Positions 9,535 to 19,407 of a stretch of DNA of 64,000 nucleotides are shown piece after piece. Position numbers and translations under genes: made by a program. Location of the stretch: contig CADCBZ010000002.1 in assembly GCA_902799765.1 (NCBI GenBank), positions 39,967 through 103,966 on the forward strand, written 5' to 3'. The stretch's first letter is position 1. Each line of letters begins with the position of its first letter. The notes below the pieces were generated by a model. That model saw only the letters and a list, made by a program, of their open reading frames with translations, ran no database searches and was not told the DNA's origin. Source of the stretch: an uncultured Prevotellaceae bacterium. Its GTDB lineage: Bacteria > Bacteroidota > Bacteroidia > Bacteroidales > Bacteroidaceae.

Positions 9535-12303
9535 TCAGCGCTTCTCACAGGGAATCCACATCCAGAAAGTGGAGCCATGGCCTTCACCTTCTGAGGTGAC
9601 GCCGATATGACCGTTACAGCGATCTGTGATGGCCTGACAGATGCTGAGGCCCAATCCTGTACCCTGTACGAAGTCATTCAACTTCACGAAACGCTCAAAT
9701 ACACTGGCCTGCTTCTCCTTGGGGATACCGGCGCCGGTGTCTTCACAATAGAACAACAGACCGTCAGCTTCTCCCTGTTCATCGAGGGTCAGTCTGCGCT
9801 CATAGCGATAGCCTACCTTGATATGCCCCTCGTGGGTATATTTCACAGCATTGGTCGTAAAGTTCGTGAGGATCTGTTGCACACGTCCTTTGTCGAGTGT
9901 TGTAACATAGTGCTCATAGGGATTGTCCTTGATAAATTCTACCCCTGGCTCCTGCACACGTTGGGCGAGGGTCTGACAGATATCATCGAAGACAGTGGCA
10001 AAATCCACTTCCTCGGGTTTGATAGCCAAGGCCTGACCCATGTTCGAGGCTTCGAGGATATCGTTGATGAGGCGCATCAGCATGTCACAGTTGTTGCGGA
10101 TGATACGGATGAACTCCATACGCTCCTCGTGCGTATCCACCATCGGCAACAGGTCGCTGAAGCCCACAATGGCATTCAGTGGTGTGCGGATCTCATGGGT
10201 CATATTCGCCAGGAAGGCACTCTTCATCTTACCGGAGTCCTCGGCACGGGCCGTCTCTTTCAACAGTTTCTGTTGGGCTACGATGAGTTTGGTGATGTCA
10301 CGTGACACACCGAAGTAGCCGATCTGACGTCCCTCTTTGTCGTAGGTTGGGATACCACTGACTGCATGCCAGGCCGGTTTCTTACTGTACTGTGTGTATC
10401 GGAAATGATGGATGATATTAAACGATTTGCTCATCGTGTCCGGATCCTTAAAGGCTTTCAATATTTCCTCTTTTTCATCAGGGAAGATACGGTTGATGTA
10501 GTCGTCGAAGGTTTCCTCGTACTCCGATTGACGCAATGAACGGGAATAGGTCAGCTGACGTGTCTGGAGATTTGAACGCCAAACGAACATCTCACTGTTC
10601 TCCAAAAGATAGGTCAGCTGATGCTCATAGTCATTGATGGCATCATAAGTCTTACGGATCTCGATGTCATGGTGTATCTTCTCAAGATACATCGTACGCT
10701 CAGCAGAGACGTCACGCGAGGTGACTACATAGGAGTGCAGCTCTCCCTCGTCATCTAAGATGGGGCGGATCCTGATTTCGATATATTTGTCGAGACCGAC
10801 TTCGGGGTAGTACATGTGACTGCAGATATGCAGGGGTTCACGGGATCCATGCTCATAGGCACCATGAAGCATGGGGAAATCAAACATATCGGTCTGTCGG
10901 AAGAACGCTTCACTCTTCTCTTCAAACTCACAGAGCTGGCGCATCTTCTCATTCGCATCAATCAGGAAACCGTCCTTATCGTAGAACGACATGGCAATAA
11001 GGTTGGTCTCGAACATCCGGGCGTATTTGTTACTCATCTCCAGGTTAATACGCTCTGACTCCACATCAAGGGTGATGTCTTTCACGGCATAGACGATATA
11101 ACGGGGCTTCCGGTCTTCCTGTTCCACGATGGCAGTACCTTCTAGATGTCGCCAGTCAGGTGCTTCCTCACTACCGATATTAAAGCGGCGGTTGAAATAT
11201 CTATTCTGCTCCTTACCCGCCATCAGCGAATGGGTATGATGTTCGAAATCTTTCTGGATGGCAGGGTCTAACCGTTTGATGAAGTCTTCCAGCGACAGCC
11301 CTTCGTCAGGAATCAACATCCCATAGGTGTTACGCATGTGGTTGGTCTTGATGTCGTATTCAAACACATAGAAATTACCCATCTGCAGAGCCTGTTTCAT
11401 CATACTGTTGATATCCTCGGAACGGTCGGCAGTGGACTTGATTTTGGAATGGATCAACCGACTTAGCAGGAAGGCTATGATGATGGCGATCACAGAACCG
11501 ATCAAGGCAAAGAGGGCGACGGGCGACGAGTCGTTATGAATACGCTCCGGGTTGAACCATTTGTCGTGGATGTGTTGCAACTCTCCCGCCTGTTCGAGTC
11601 GGGCAAAGGTGTCGTCGATCGCTTCGATGAGTTCTTTGTCATAGCCGATGATACGCAACTCACCTGCCGGAATGTCGATGTCATCGAGCAACAGACTGTC
11701 GAGACCATACTCCTTAATCTTCATTCTCAACGGCATCTCACCCCATACATAATAGGTGTTTTGCCCGTGACGGATGGCAGCCAAGGCTTCTCTGGGGGAA
11801 CGATATTCTGTATGGTAGGGTTTGTCGTGGATGGCCTGTACGCGTAGCGCCACATAGTCGTTATTCTTCACCATCAGGGTATCTTGGGGCGTGAGCTCAC
11901 TGAGCCGTTGGATGGCCTTCTGACTTTTCCTTCTGACCAACTTCACGGGATAGTAGGTGATCAGATTCTGTGTCATCACATACGGATGCTTTTTGTAGTT
12001 CATGGTCAGGGCGTGGATAAGGTCAGCCTCATGGTTCTCAAAAGTCTTGGTACAGAGATACCACTCCTGCATTACATACTTATGAGGCACCTTCAGGGTG
12101 TTTAGGATGAGGTCGAGCACTTCCACGTTATAGCCGTCAGCCTCACCGTGGTCATTGCGGAACTCATATGGCGGGAACTCCCAGTCGCTCACAATGACAA
12201 GAGGCTGTTCTTCGGTATATTCACGTGCCCATTGTGCCTCTGCAGGCAAAAGACTGCAGAACACTGTCAGACAGGTGAGGATTATGATTTTTTTTGTCAT
12301 CAT
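9535..12303 (-). CDS. Sensor histidine kinase A: periplasmic solute-binding (SBP_bac_3-like) domain, TM, PAS-like region, HisKA, HATPase; no receiver domain
   Basis: 922 aa with a signal peptide and an N-terminal amino-acid-binding-protein-like domain. The TM segment is VALFALIGSVIAIIIAFLL. The H-box is canonical (MTHEIRTPLNAIVGFSD). N/G1/G2 boxes are TNAVKYT, EDTGAGIP and GTGLGLSI. Confidence 0.9.
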   Translation of the reverse strand: MMTKKIIILTCLTVFCSLLPAEAQWAREYTEEQPLVIVSDWEFPPYEFRNDHGEADGYNVEVLDLILNTLKVPHKYVMQEWYLCTKTFENHEADLIHALTMNYKKHPYVMTQNLITYYPVKLVRRKSQKAIQRLSELTPQDTLMVKNNDYVALRVQAIHDKPYHTEYRSPREALAAIRHGQNTYYVWGEMPLRMKIKEYGLDSLLLDDIDIPAGELRIIGYDKELIEAIDDTFARLEQAGELQHIHDKWFNPERIHNDSSPVALFALIGSVIAIIIAFLLSRLIHSKIKSTADRSEDINSMMKQALQMGNFYVFEYDIKTNHMRNTYGMLIPDEGLSLEDFIKRLDPAIQKDFEHHTHSLMAGKEQNRYFNRRFNIGSEEAPDWRHLEGTAIVEQEDRKPRYIVYAVKDITLDVESERINLEMSNKYARMFETNLIAMSFYDKDGFLIDANEKMRQLCEFEEKSEAFFRQTDMFDFPMLHGAYEHGSREPLHICSHMYYPEVGLDKYIEIRIRPILDDEGELHSYVVTSRDVSAERTMYLEKIHHDIEIRKTYDAINDYEHQLTYLLENSEMFVWRSNLQTRQLTYSRSLRQSEYEETFDDYINRIFPDEKEEILKAFKDPDTMSKSFNIIHHFRYTQYSKKPAWHAVSGIPTYDKEGRQIGYFGVSRDITKLIVAQQKLLKETARAEDSGKMKSAFLANMTHEIRTPLNAIVGFSDLLPMVDTHEERMEFIRIIRNNCDMLMRLINDILEASNMGQALAIKPEEVDFATVFDDICQTLAQRVQEPGVEFIKDNPYEHYVTTLDKGRVQQILTNFTTNAVKYTHEGHIKVGYRYERRLTLDEQGEADGLLFYCEDTGAGIPKEKQASVFERFVKLNDFVQGTGLGLSICQAITDRCNGHIGVTSEGEGHGSTFWMWIPCEKR

Positions 12304-12321
12304 TCGAATCTCTTTTGCCGG

Positions 12322-15111
12322 TTAGTTTCGTTCCATTTCAATCAACTTGCAGGGGATGGTGAACCATACATTGGTGCCTTTGCCTACAGTTGAGGTCAGA
12401 TTGATCTTTCCCCCCATATGCTGGATCAGATCCTGACAGATACTCAGTCCCAGACCTGCACCACTGGTAGTGGAGTCGGTGACGAAACGGTCGAAGATGT
12501 GCGTGATCTGCTCCTCCGGGATACCATGTCCCGTGTCTTCCACTGACACGGCGAGCTGGTCGCCTAAGTAGTCGTAATGCACCAGCACTGTCCCCTCATT
12601 GGTATGTTGCACGGCATTGGTCAGGATCTTCTCCATCACCATACTGATATGATTCATGTCGATATCGACTACCAGTTTTTTGAAAGGTGCCTTCACAATA
12701 TAGGAGACGCCAGGTTTCCGCTGATTCGTCCATATATGCTCACAACGTGCGGTGATACTGGTGGCGAAGTCGGTAGGCTGCGGGTTGATGGTGATCATCT
12801 CAGCATCCAGTCGTGAAAGGAAGAGGATGTCGTTGATGAGTTTCAGCAACTGTGCCGAACTTGATTTAATCTCATCGATGAACACAGCCTCGTCTTCTGC
12901 GCTGTGATCCATCTGGAAGAGCTCTGCGAATCCCACGACGGTCGTCAGAGGGGTACGGATCTCAAAGCTCATGTTGTGAAGGAACGCATTCTTCACCACC
13001 TCCACCTCTTGGGCACGTAAGGTCTCTTGTGCCAGCTTTTCTTCAATGGTCTTCAGTTCACTGATGTCACGACACATACCGAAGTATTCTTTCAGGTCTC
13101 CCTTCTCATCGTGGAAGGGGATGAAGTGGAACTGCAGATGCAGGGGATGGCCTTTTCGTCTGATGGTGGTCCTCACGTCAGCTTGTACGCGAGTGGCGGT
13201 CTTGTTGTCCATGTTGTTCAAGATACGCTCCGTAGCCTTCTTCCACGCCGGGTCGATCAGGTTCAGCATTCTGGTCTGTGTCAGTGAGAGCAAAGCTCTG
13301 TTAGCCTCATTGAAGAGGGTGAGCGTGTGGGTGGTCAGGTCGTATTTCACCAACTTGATACCACCGACTTTCAACACGTAGTCGATATTCTGGATATATT
13401 CCGACACCTCGGCGTTGGCTTTTTGTAGTTCCTGGATATCCTGCAACACATGCTGATAGGACTCTGCCATCTCCGTCACGTTACGGCCTGTACCGAAGAT
13501 GGCGAGTAACTTCCCTTCCGCATCGCGTACTGAGGTCAACTGCAACTCATAGTAGAGCTTGTCGCGCTTCAGCATCCTGTGCAACGGACGGCTATCTTCC
13601 CCTTTGTAAATCTGGGTAAGGTACATATGTTCGAAGTGTTCTATATCAAGGTCGGGATCACCCACCACGTCTTTGATGGAGATCTTCATATTTCTGATTA
13701 CCTGGATGTCAGCCCCTAAGGCCGAGAGGGCCTTCTGGTTGATATCCACAATATAGCCCTGGGCATCATAAGCCACCATATCCACCATGACAGTGTTGAA
13801 GATCGCCTGATAGCGCAACAGCATGTTCTTCGCTTCTATCTGGCGTAGCAGTTCCTTCGTCACGTCACTGCGGGTACAGAGGATGGTCGTGGGATGTCCG
13901 CCCTTGTCGCGGCGCAGGACACTCAGTGCCACGGTATAGTTGTGGGCTTGGGTCTCGTCATTGTTCTCAAACACCTGGATGTCGAGGTTCACATGTTCCT
14001 CCTTCTCACTGCTGATATCGTCGATGGCACGCTGCAGGCGTTGTACGTCCTTGGCTCTGTAGCGATACACAAAGGCATCGAGGGGCATACTCTGCTGACC
14101 TTTGCCTTGTTCGTCCATCCAGGTAAACTGCTTCGTCAGGATGTTATAGGTCCACAGACTTACATGACTCGTCTTCAGGATGAGCGACAAACGGTTATTA
14201 CTCTTACGTACAGCCAAGGTCAGACGTCTCTCTCTGGCGCGGTACACAATGTAATAAAGCAACAGGATGACGGCAATGACAGCGAGGGTGGCAGCCAGAT
14301 ACCATACCCATGCCGGGATACCCGTATCGCGACGGTCAGGGTAGAACCATTTATTCTGAATGGGTTGCAGCTTGTCGGCAGCTCTCAGCACCACATAGGC
14401 GCTATCGATACGTTCCAGCAGATGACGGTCACGCGACATGAACTTATACTCGCCATAGGGCATGTCGATCGGCATCAGTGTCAGTTTGTCAGTCCGGTAT
14501 TTCCGCATGAGCCATTTCAGCGACATCGTGTTCCAAAGGATGATGCCGTTATTCTTGTCTATGACATCCTGAATAGCGCTCTTCATGTCGTCATAGGGCA
14601 CAATCTCCTTGGCCCAACCCTGTTTCTTGAGGTAGTGATGACTGAAGCTGCCGCCATGTACGATGACACGGTAGTTCTTGAGGTCTTTCTCCTGACGGAT
14701 ATGGACAGGCAGGCTCTTAGGTACTAAGATGCTATGTGTAAACAGCTGGACGATGTTCTTGCTGTAGAGACTGTTCTCACGGGAGTACTCTGCATCCATA
14801 CGCAGCATCAGGTCACTCTTCCCGTTCTTTAAGTCTGCCTGAGCCTCCAAAGTGGGCTTCAGTTTGATGACATAGGGGATGTCGAGCTCCTTGAAGATCA
14901 GTTTCAGGAGATCGATGTTATAACCGTCGGGCTCTCCATTCTCATTCAGGAACACGTAAGGCCAGAGATCCCAGGCGTCCTCATAGATCAGGGGACGTTC
15001 CGTGGTGTAGATTCTCGTCGTGTCTGACTGTCCTGTCTGGGCTATCACTGTCTGCCAAGACCACAGACAGGCAAACGCCATGACTATATACCTTATATTA
15101 TATATATTCAT
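12322..15111 (-). CDS. Histidine-kinase-like protein B: SBP_bac_3-like domain, TM, PAS-like region, HisKA-like with Phe in place of the phospho-acceptor His, intact HATPase
   Basis: 929 aa. The H-box reads MSFEIRTPLTTVVGFAE, with the Phe codon at 12964-12966. N/G1/G2 boxes are present: LTNAVQHT, EDTGHGIP and GAGLGLSI. Confidence 0.85.
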   Translation of the reverse strand: MNIYNIRYIVMAFACLWSWQTVIAQTGQSDTTRIYTTERPLIYEDAWDLWPYVFLNENGEPDGYNIDLLKLIFKELDIPYVIKLKPTLEAQADLKNGKSDLMLRMDAEYSRENSLYSKNIVQLFTHSILVPKSLPVHIRQEKDLKNYRVIVHGGSFSHHYLKKQGWAKEIVPYDDMKSAIQDVIDKNNGIILWNTMSLKWLMRKYRTDKLTLMPIDMPYGEYKFMSRDRHLLERIDSAYVVLRAADKLQPIQNKWFYPDRRDTGIPAWVWYLAATLAVIAVILLLYYIVYRARERRLTLAVRKSNNRLSLILKTSHVSLWTYNILTKQFTWMDEQGKGQQSMPLDAFVYRYRAKDVQRLQRAIDDISSEKEEHVNLDIQVFENNDETQAHNYTVALSVLRRDKGGHPTTILCTRSDVTKELLRQIEAKNMLLRYQAIFNTVMVDMVAYDAQGYIVDINQKALSALGADIQVIRNMKISIKDVVGDPDLDIEHFEHMYLTQIYKGEDSRPLHRMLKRDKLYYELQLTSVRDAEGKLLAIFGTGRNVTEMAESYQHVLQDIQELQKANAEVSEYIQNIDYVLKVGGIKLVKYDLTTHTLTLFNEANRALLSLTQTRMLNLIDPAWKKATERILNNMDNKTATRVQADVRTTIRRKGHPLHLQFHFIPFHDEKGDLKEYFGMCRDISELKTIEEKLAQETLRAQEVEVVKNAFLHNMSFEIRTPLTTVVGFAELFQMDHSAEDEAVFIDEIKSSSAQLLKLINDILFLSRLDAEMITINPQPTDFATSITARCEHIWTNQRKPGVSYIVKAPFKKLVVDIDMNHISMVMEKILTNAVQHTNEGTVLVHYDYLGDQLAVSVEDTGHGIPEEQITHIFDRFVTDSTTSGAGLGLSICQDLIQHMGGKINLTSTVGKGTNVWFTIPCKLIEMERN

Positions 15112-17138
15112 ATGTTAGTCTTTATGTCACAAGGGATCCAGAACCAGAAGGTGGAACCATGACCCTGGCCCTCTGAGTTCACACCGATCTTTCCGTGGAA
15201 GCTCTCTACGATGGCTTTCGAGATGTTCAGGCCCAGACCTGTACCCTGTACGTAGTCGTTCAGTTTCACGAATCGCTCAAAGATCTTGTTCTGGTCTTCC
15301 TTCGGGATACCGGCACCCGTATCTTCACAATAGAAGTACAAACCACCATCCTTCTGTTCATAGCCTACCTTGATATGGCCTTCGTTTGTATATTTCACGG
15401 CGTTGGTCACGAAGTTCGTAATCACCTGTTGGATACGCTCTTTGTCAAGTACAGCCATCAGGGTGGTGTAGGGGTTCTCCTTGATAAAGGTGACGTTGGG
15501 ATTATCGATGCGCTGGGCCAGTGACTTACAGATCGCCTCAAAGTCATCTGCGAAGTTCGTCTCCACGGCATGTACATAAATACTGCTACCACCGTCGATG
15601 GCCGATAAGGCTAAGATATCGTTGATCAGTCTGAGCAGCATGTCACAATTGTTCATGATCACCCTCACAATCTCCTTTTTCTCCTCAGGTGTCTCCAACA
15701 TCGACAGCACATCACTGAAACCGACGATGGCATTCAGCGGGGTACGGATCTCATGGGTCATGTTCGCCATGAACACACTCTTCATCCGTCCTGAGTTCTG
15801 GGCACGCTCCGTCTCCTGCTTCAACTGCTCCTGTTTCTGGATAAGCGGTGTCACATTACGGATGATACCATAGGTACCCAACTGTTTACCGTTCATATCG
15901 TGATAAGGCACACCGTCGATGATGTTCCACTGCAGATCCTCGCCTTCATGGAAGAAGGGATGACAGAGTGTCAGCTCGGCTTTAGGCTTTTGCAACTTGT
16001 TCTCCGGGTCGAGCAGGTCGTCCTTGAAGGTACTCTGCACAAAGTGCGCCCGCAGTTCATCGAAGTCCATCGGTGGCATGGCCGTCTTCAGACCTTTATA
16101 GAAAATTACGGTCTTGTCGGCGAAGTTAGTACGCCAGAAACGCATGTCACAGCTGTCCATCAGATACTGGATCTCGTTCTCCAGGTTCTGGATCTCCTCA
16201 TTGGCCTTTCGTATCTCCAGACCGTTCTGTTTGCTCTGAAGATAGAGTTCTCGCTCCTGGGTGACATCACGGATGGAGAAGGTGATATACACCAGTTCGT
16301 CCTGTTCGTCGTGGATGGGGTGTACACGTATCTCCGTATAGCAGTTCACATCCCGGTCTATGATAATCGTCTTCGAACAGAAATAGAGTTCCTCTATATG
16401 TCTGTTTGCCAGCACTTCCCTGAAGGTCGGCATGTCATAGAGTGTCTTCTCAAAGTAATAGGGATCATTCTCCGACTGGAACTTCAAGATTTCTCGCATC
16501 TTCTGGTTGACCGTGAGCAGGTGTCCTTCCTGGTCATAGAAGGCCAGACCCACCAATGACTGCTCAAAGGTCTTGCGATATTTGTCGGTCAGCTCCTGTT
16601 CTTCACGCTCCTGGAGGATCCGTTCGGTCTGGTCTGACAGTGTACAGAAAATATTGATGGGTGTCTTGAGACCTTCTACATATTCTGCCACGCCCTGGTC
16701 GTGCATATAACGCCACTCTCCGGCATGCCGGTCCCCACTGATATCCCAGCGGAAGATGCACTCGGCAGTCTTAGCGCCTTCATTGTAGAGATTGGCGATA
16801 AAGCGGCGATAGTGTTGATGATCCTCCGGATGCATATACTTGTAACTCTCCTCATACCCCATACCTGCCTCAGGCAAGAAATCTCCATGTAAGTTATAAC
16901 CCCAGCGCTGGCGCAGGTCGAGCCTCACCACGTAGTTGGCGTTCACGTCGAGGGTATGTTGCATGATGTCATTGATTTCCTTACTATCCTTCACACGTCT
17001 GCGGATTCGCCGGATACTGAAGTGATTGATACCCCATGTGATGATGAAAGCCATGGTTGTCAGCGTGATCATCAATACCGATGGGGTATCGAGGAATCCT
17101 ATCTGTAGGAGGGTGTTATGTAGGATCATACTGTTCAT
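15108..17138 (-). CDS. Sensor histidine kinase C: N-terminal TM, PAS-like region, HisKA, HATPase; no receiver domain
   Basis: 676 aa. The H-box is canonical (MTHEIRTPLNAIVGFSD; His codon 15753-15755). It has TNAVKYT, EDTGAGIP and GTGLGLNI. ATGA overlaps join it to both neighbours. Confidence 0.9.
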   Translation of the reverse strand: MNSMILHNTLLQIGFLDTPSVLMITLTTMAFIITWGINHFSIRRIRRRVKDSKEINDIMQHTLDVNANYVVRLDLRQRWGYNLHGDFLPEAGMGYEESYKYMHPEDHQHYRRFIANLYNEGAKTAECIFRWDISGDRHAGEWRYMHDQGVAEYVEGLKTPINIFCTLSDQTERILQEREEQELTDKYRKTFEQSLVGLAFYDQEGHLLTVNQKMREILKFQSENDPYYFEKTLYDMPTFREVLANRHIEELYFCSKTIIIDRDVNCYTEIRVHPIHDEQDELVYITFSIRDVTQERELYLQSKQNGLEIRKANEEIQNLENEIQYLMDSCDMRFWRTNFADKTVIFYKGLKTAMPPMDFDELRAHFVQSTFKDDLLDPENKLQKPKAELTLCHPFFHEGEDLQWNIIDGVPYHDMNGKQLGTYGIIRNVTPLIQKQEQLKQETERAQNSGRMKSVFMANMTHEIRTPLNAIVGFSDVLSMLETPEEKKEIVRVIMNNCDMLLRLINDILALSAIDGGSSIYVHAVETNFADDFEAICKSLAQRIDNPNVTFIKENPYTTLMAVLDKERIQQVITNFVTNAVKYTNEGHIKVGYEQKDGGLYFYCEDTGAGIPKEDQNKIFERFVKLNDYVQGTGLGLNISKAIVESFHGKIGVNSEGQGHGSTFWFWIPCDIKTNI

Positions 17139-19252
17139 GTGGCGCTTTCGTTGATGATTTCTGTTTTCTTCTCTCTGCTGATCATCTCACAGGGGATCAT
17201 CAGATAACACGTGGTGCCCTTGCCCTGCTCCGACTGGATCTCAATCTGTCCACCCATCTGCTCCACCAGTTCCTTCACGATGGGCATGTCGAGACCCGTA
17301 CCACTGATTTTGTTCTGGTCATCTTTGACGAAGCGGTCGAAGACATGGGGCAGGACCTCTTTTCTCAGACCTTTACCGGTATCTTCGATGACGATGCTCA
17401 GTTCCCCATGGTGGTATTCGTACTTCGCACGTACCATTCCTTCGCTGGTGTAGCAGGCCGAACAGGTACAGATCTTCTGGATGGCCTGTCCGAGGTGCTG
17501 CTCGTCGATATTCAATACCAGATGGTTATAGGGGTTGTCGATGACGGCTTTCACGTTGGGGCCCAATGCACCCCATCCGAGATAGCACCAGCCGTCGAAG
17601 AGAGACGCGAAGTCACTCGCTTCCTTGGGGAACTCCACCATCTTGGCATCGAGTCGGGAGATGAAAAGAATATCGTTCACGAGGTTCAACAGCTCGTCGG
17701 TATTACGCTTGATCTCTTCTGCGAACACGGGTTCGTCCTCCACGTCGTGGGGACTGTTGAAGAGTTCTGCAAATCCTAAAACGGCATTGAGTGGCGTTCT
17801 GATCTCGTAGCTCATGTTCAGCAGGAAGGTGTTCTTCAACTCCTCAGTCTCCTGTGCTTTCTTACTCTCTTCCATCAGACGCATCTCGGTATAGGTCATT
17901 TCGGTCTCATCGCGACACAGACCGAAATACTGGGTCACATGTCCCTCTTTGTCTGTCATGGGAATAAGACTGAAGCTCATATAGACATCCCGCCTCTGTT
18001 GATCATGGAAGATGGTATGCAGCACCTCCGAGATATTACCTGTTTTGCCCTGATCCATTCTCATGAACAACCCTCTGAGCTTCCTACGATCTGACTCATG
18101 GATGAGTGAAGCACAACGAATCTGCGAGAGACGGTATTGTACCTTGTTCAGGTCACTGAAGATCTGTAGCTCATGGCGTCTTGGGTGATAGGTGATCAGC
18201 CTGACACCACTGGCCCTGAGGGTGTAGTTGATATTCTGGATGTAAGACTGGATCTGTTTGGTGGTATTCTGCAGCAACTGTACCTCTTCCTCCTGTTTAT
18301 GATGCGACTCCACCATCTCTGTGATGTTACGTCCGGCTGCCATTACGCCATGGAGCTGCCCCTTCTCATCGCGGATCGGACTGAGGATGGCTTCGTAGTA
18401 ACAGGTGCCTTTCAGATTCAAGTCAGGGATACGCTCGTCTTCTCTCTTCACCTGGTCGATGTCGGTGATGGATGACAACCGGATGCTGTCATACAACTCA
18501 TTGATGTTGATATGGCGATAAGACGGGATATCGTTGATATGCACGTTCTTCTTCAAGAAACTGTTGCGGTCGGCAATCATAAAGGTTTCACAGGCCTTCT
18601 CGTTCAGATCCATCAGACGGCCGTCAGGACCATAAAAGATCATGTCCACCAACGAGGAGTTGAACACCGTCTGATACTGCAACGACAAGTCATGGGTCTT
18701 CTCCCCTCTACGCTTGCTCTCTGTGATGTCACGCTGAACGCCTAACAGCATCATGGGATGATGCTTCTGGTCCCGTTTTAGTACAGAGACGTTGATTTCA
18801 TATGTTTTCTGCCCATTGTGACTCCTGACGAGCAGCGTCTCAGAGAGACTGTTTTCGATGAGAACGTTCGTGATCTTCGCACGAAGTTGCTCGAAGTCAT
18901 CATGGTTAAAGAATTGTGCAAAGTCGATGGGCGCATAGACGGTCCTTGTGACGGTCTCACTGGAGATTAGGGTGAAGATCTTCGTGACATCATAGGTCCA
19001 CACCTCGGTCTTGTTAGAATTCAGCACGAGTGCCAGTTGGGTGTTCAATTGTTTGGCACGGTTGCTCACTTCCTGTTCACGATAATAATACAGGCGATTC
19101 GAGAAAATCAAGACGAACACACCAATCAACAAGACCGCTACCAGATAGGCAGAGAGGTGATACGGGTCTGCAATCGTGTTCCAGTTCTCAGCTTGGGCAT
19201 AAGCCGTTGCAGAGAAGAGTAGCATCAGCAGGGTCGTTGATATTTTCGTCAT
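17135..19252 (-). CDS. Histidine-kinase-like protein D: signal/TM, PAS-like region, HisKA-like with Tyr in place of His, degenerate N-box
   Basis: 705 aa. The H-box reads MSYEIRTPLNAVLGFAE, with the Tyr codon at 17807-17809. The N-box position reads ICTCSACYT, so the Asn is missing. G1 (EDTGKGL) is present and G2 (GTGLDMPI) is partly degenerate. Confidence 0.85.
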   Translation of the reverse strand: MTKISTTLLMLLFSATAYAQAENWNTIADPYHLSAYLVAVLLIGVFVLIFSNRLYYYREQEVSNRAKQLNTQLALVLNSNKTEVWTYDVTKIFTLISSETVTRTVYAPIDFAQFFNHDDFEQLRAKITNVLIENSLSETLLVRSHNGQKTYEINVSVLKRDQKHHPMMLLGVQRDITESKRRGEKTHDLSLQYQTVFNSSLVDMIFYGPDGRLMDLNEKACETFMIADRNSFLKKNVHINDIPSYRHININELYDSIRLSSITDIDQVKREDERIPDLNLKGTCYYEAILSPIRDEKGQLHGVMAAGRNITEMVESHHKQEEEVQLLQNTTKQIQSYIQNINYTLRASGVRLITYHPRRHELQIFSDLNKVQYRLSQIRCASLIHESDRRKLRGLFMRMDQGKTGNISEVLHTIFHDQQRRDVYMSFSLIPMTDKEGHVTQYFGLCRDETEMTYTEMRLMEESKKAQETEELKNTFLLNMSYEIRTPLNAVLGFAELFNSPHDVEDEPVFAEEIKRNTDELLNLVNDILFISRLDAKMVEFPKEASDFASLFDGWCYLGWGALGPNVKAVIDNPYNHLVLNIDEQHLGQAIQKICTCSACYTSEGMVRAKYEYHHGELSIVIEDTGKGLRKEVLPHVFDRFVKDDQNKISGTGLDMPIVKELVEQMGGQIEIQSEQGKGTTCYLMIPCEMISREKKTEIINESAT

Positions 19253-19344
19253 GTCAGTAATAACCTTATATTGATATTATTGGTAGGTTTTTGGTGGCGA
19301 AATTAATCATTTTTTGCGAAACAACAAAGAAAAATTGCAAAATA

Positions 19345-19376
19345 TTTGGCGGATTGACAGAAAAACGCTACTTTTG
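19345..19376 (+). promoter_or_regulatory. Promoter module (TTTG -33-like element plus TACTTTTG -7 box) for frr
   Basis: tttggcggattgacagaaaaacgctacttttg ends 32 nt before the frr ATG. A copy matching at 25 of 32 positions sits upstream of fabG at 63325-63356. Confidence 0.5.
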
Positions 19377-19407
19377 TCATCAGAAAACGCTAAAACTTAG
19401 TAAGATT

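Noticed and set aside
9535-19252. Interpreting the kinase cluster as Bacteroidota hybrid two-component systems (HTCS) or ordinary kinase/regulator pairs
   Set aside because: None of the four proteins has a receiver or AraC-type output domain, and no response regulator ORF is present. They end right after the HATPase domain.
19291-19407. N-terminal extensions proposed by the ORF track (frr from 19291; also 6967-7785, 21879, 23193, 28126, 30079, 38335, 42287-43117, 43202, 44442, 56086, 60759-63290)
   Set aside because: The extensions begin at non-ATG codons or run through TAnnTTTG promoter boxes and low-complexity sequence. Internal Met starts give N-termini matching the known families.
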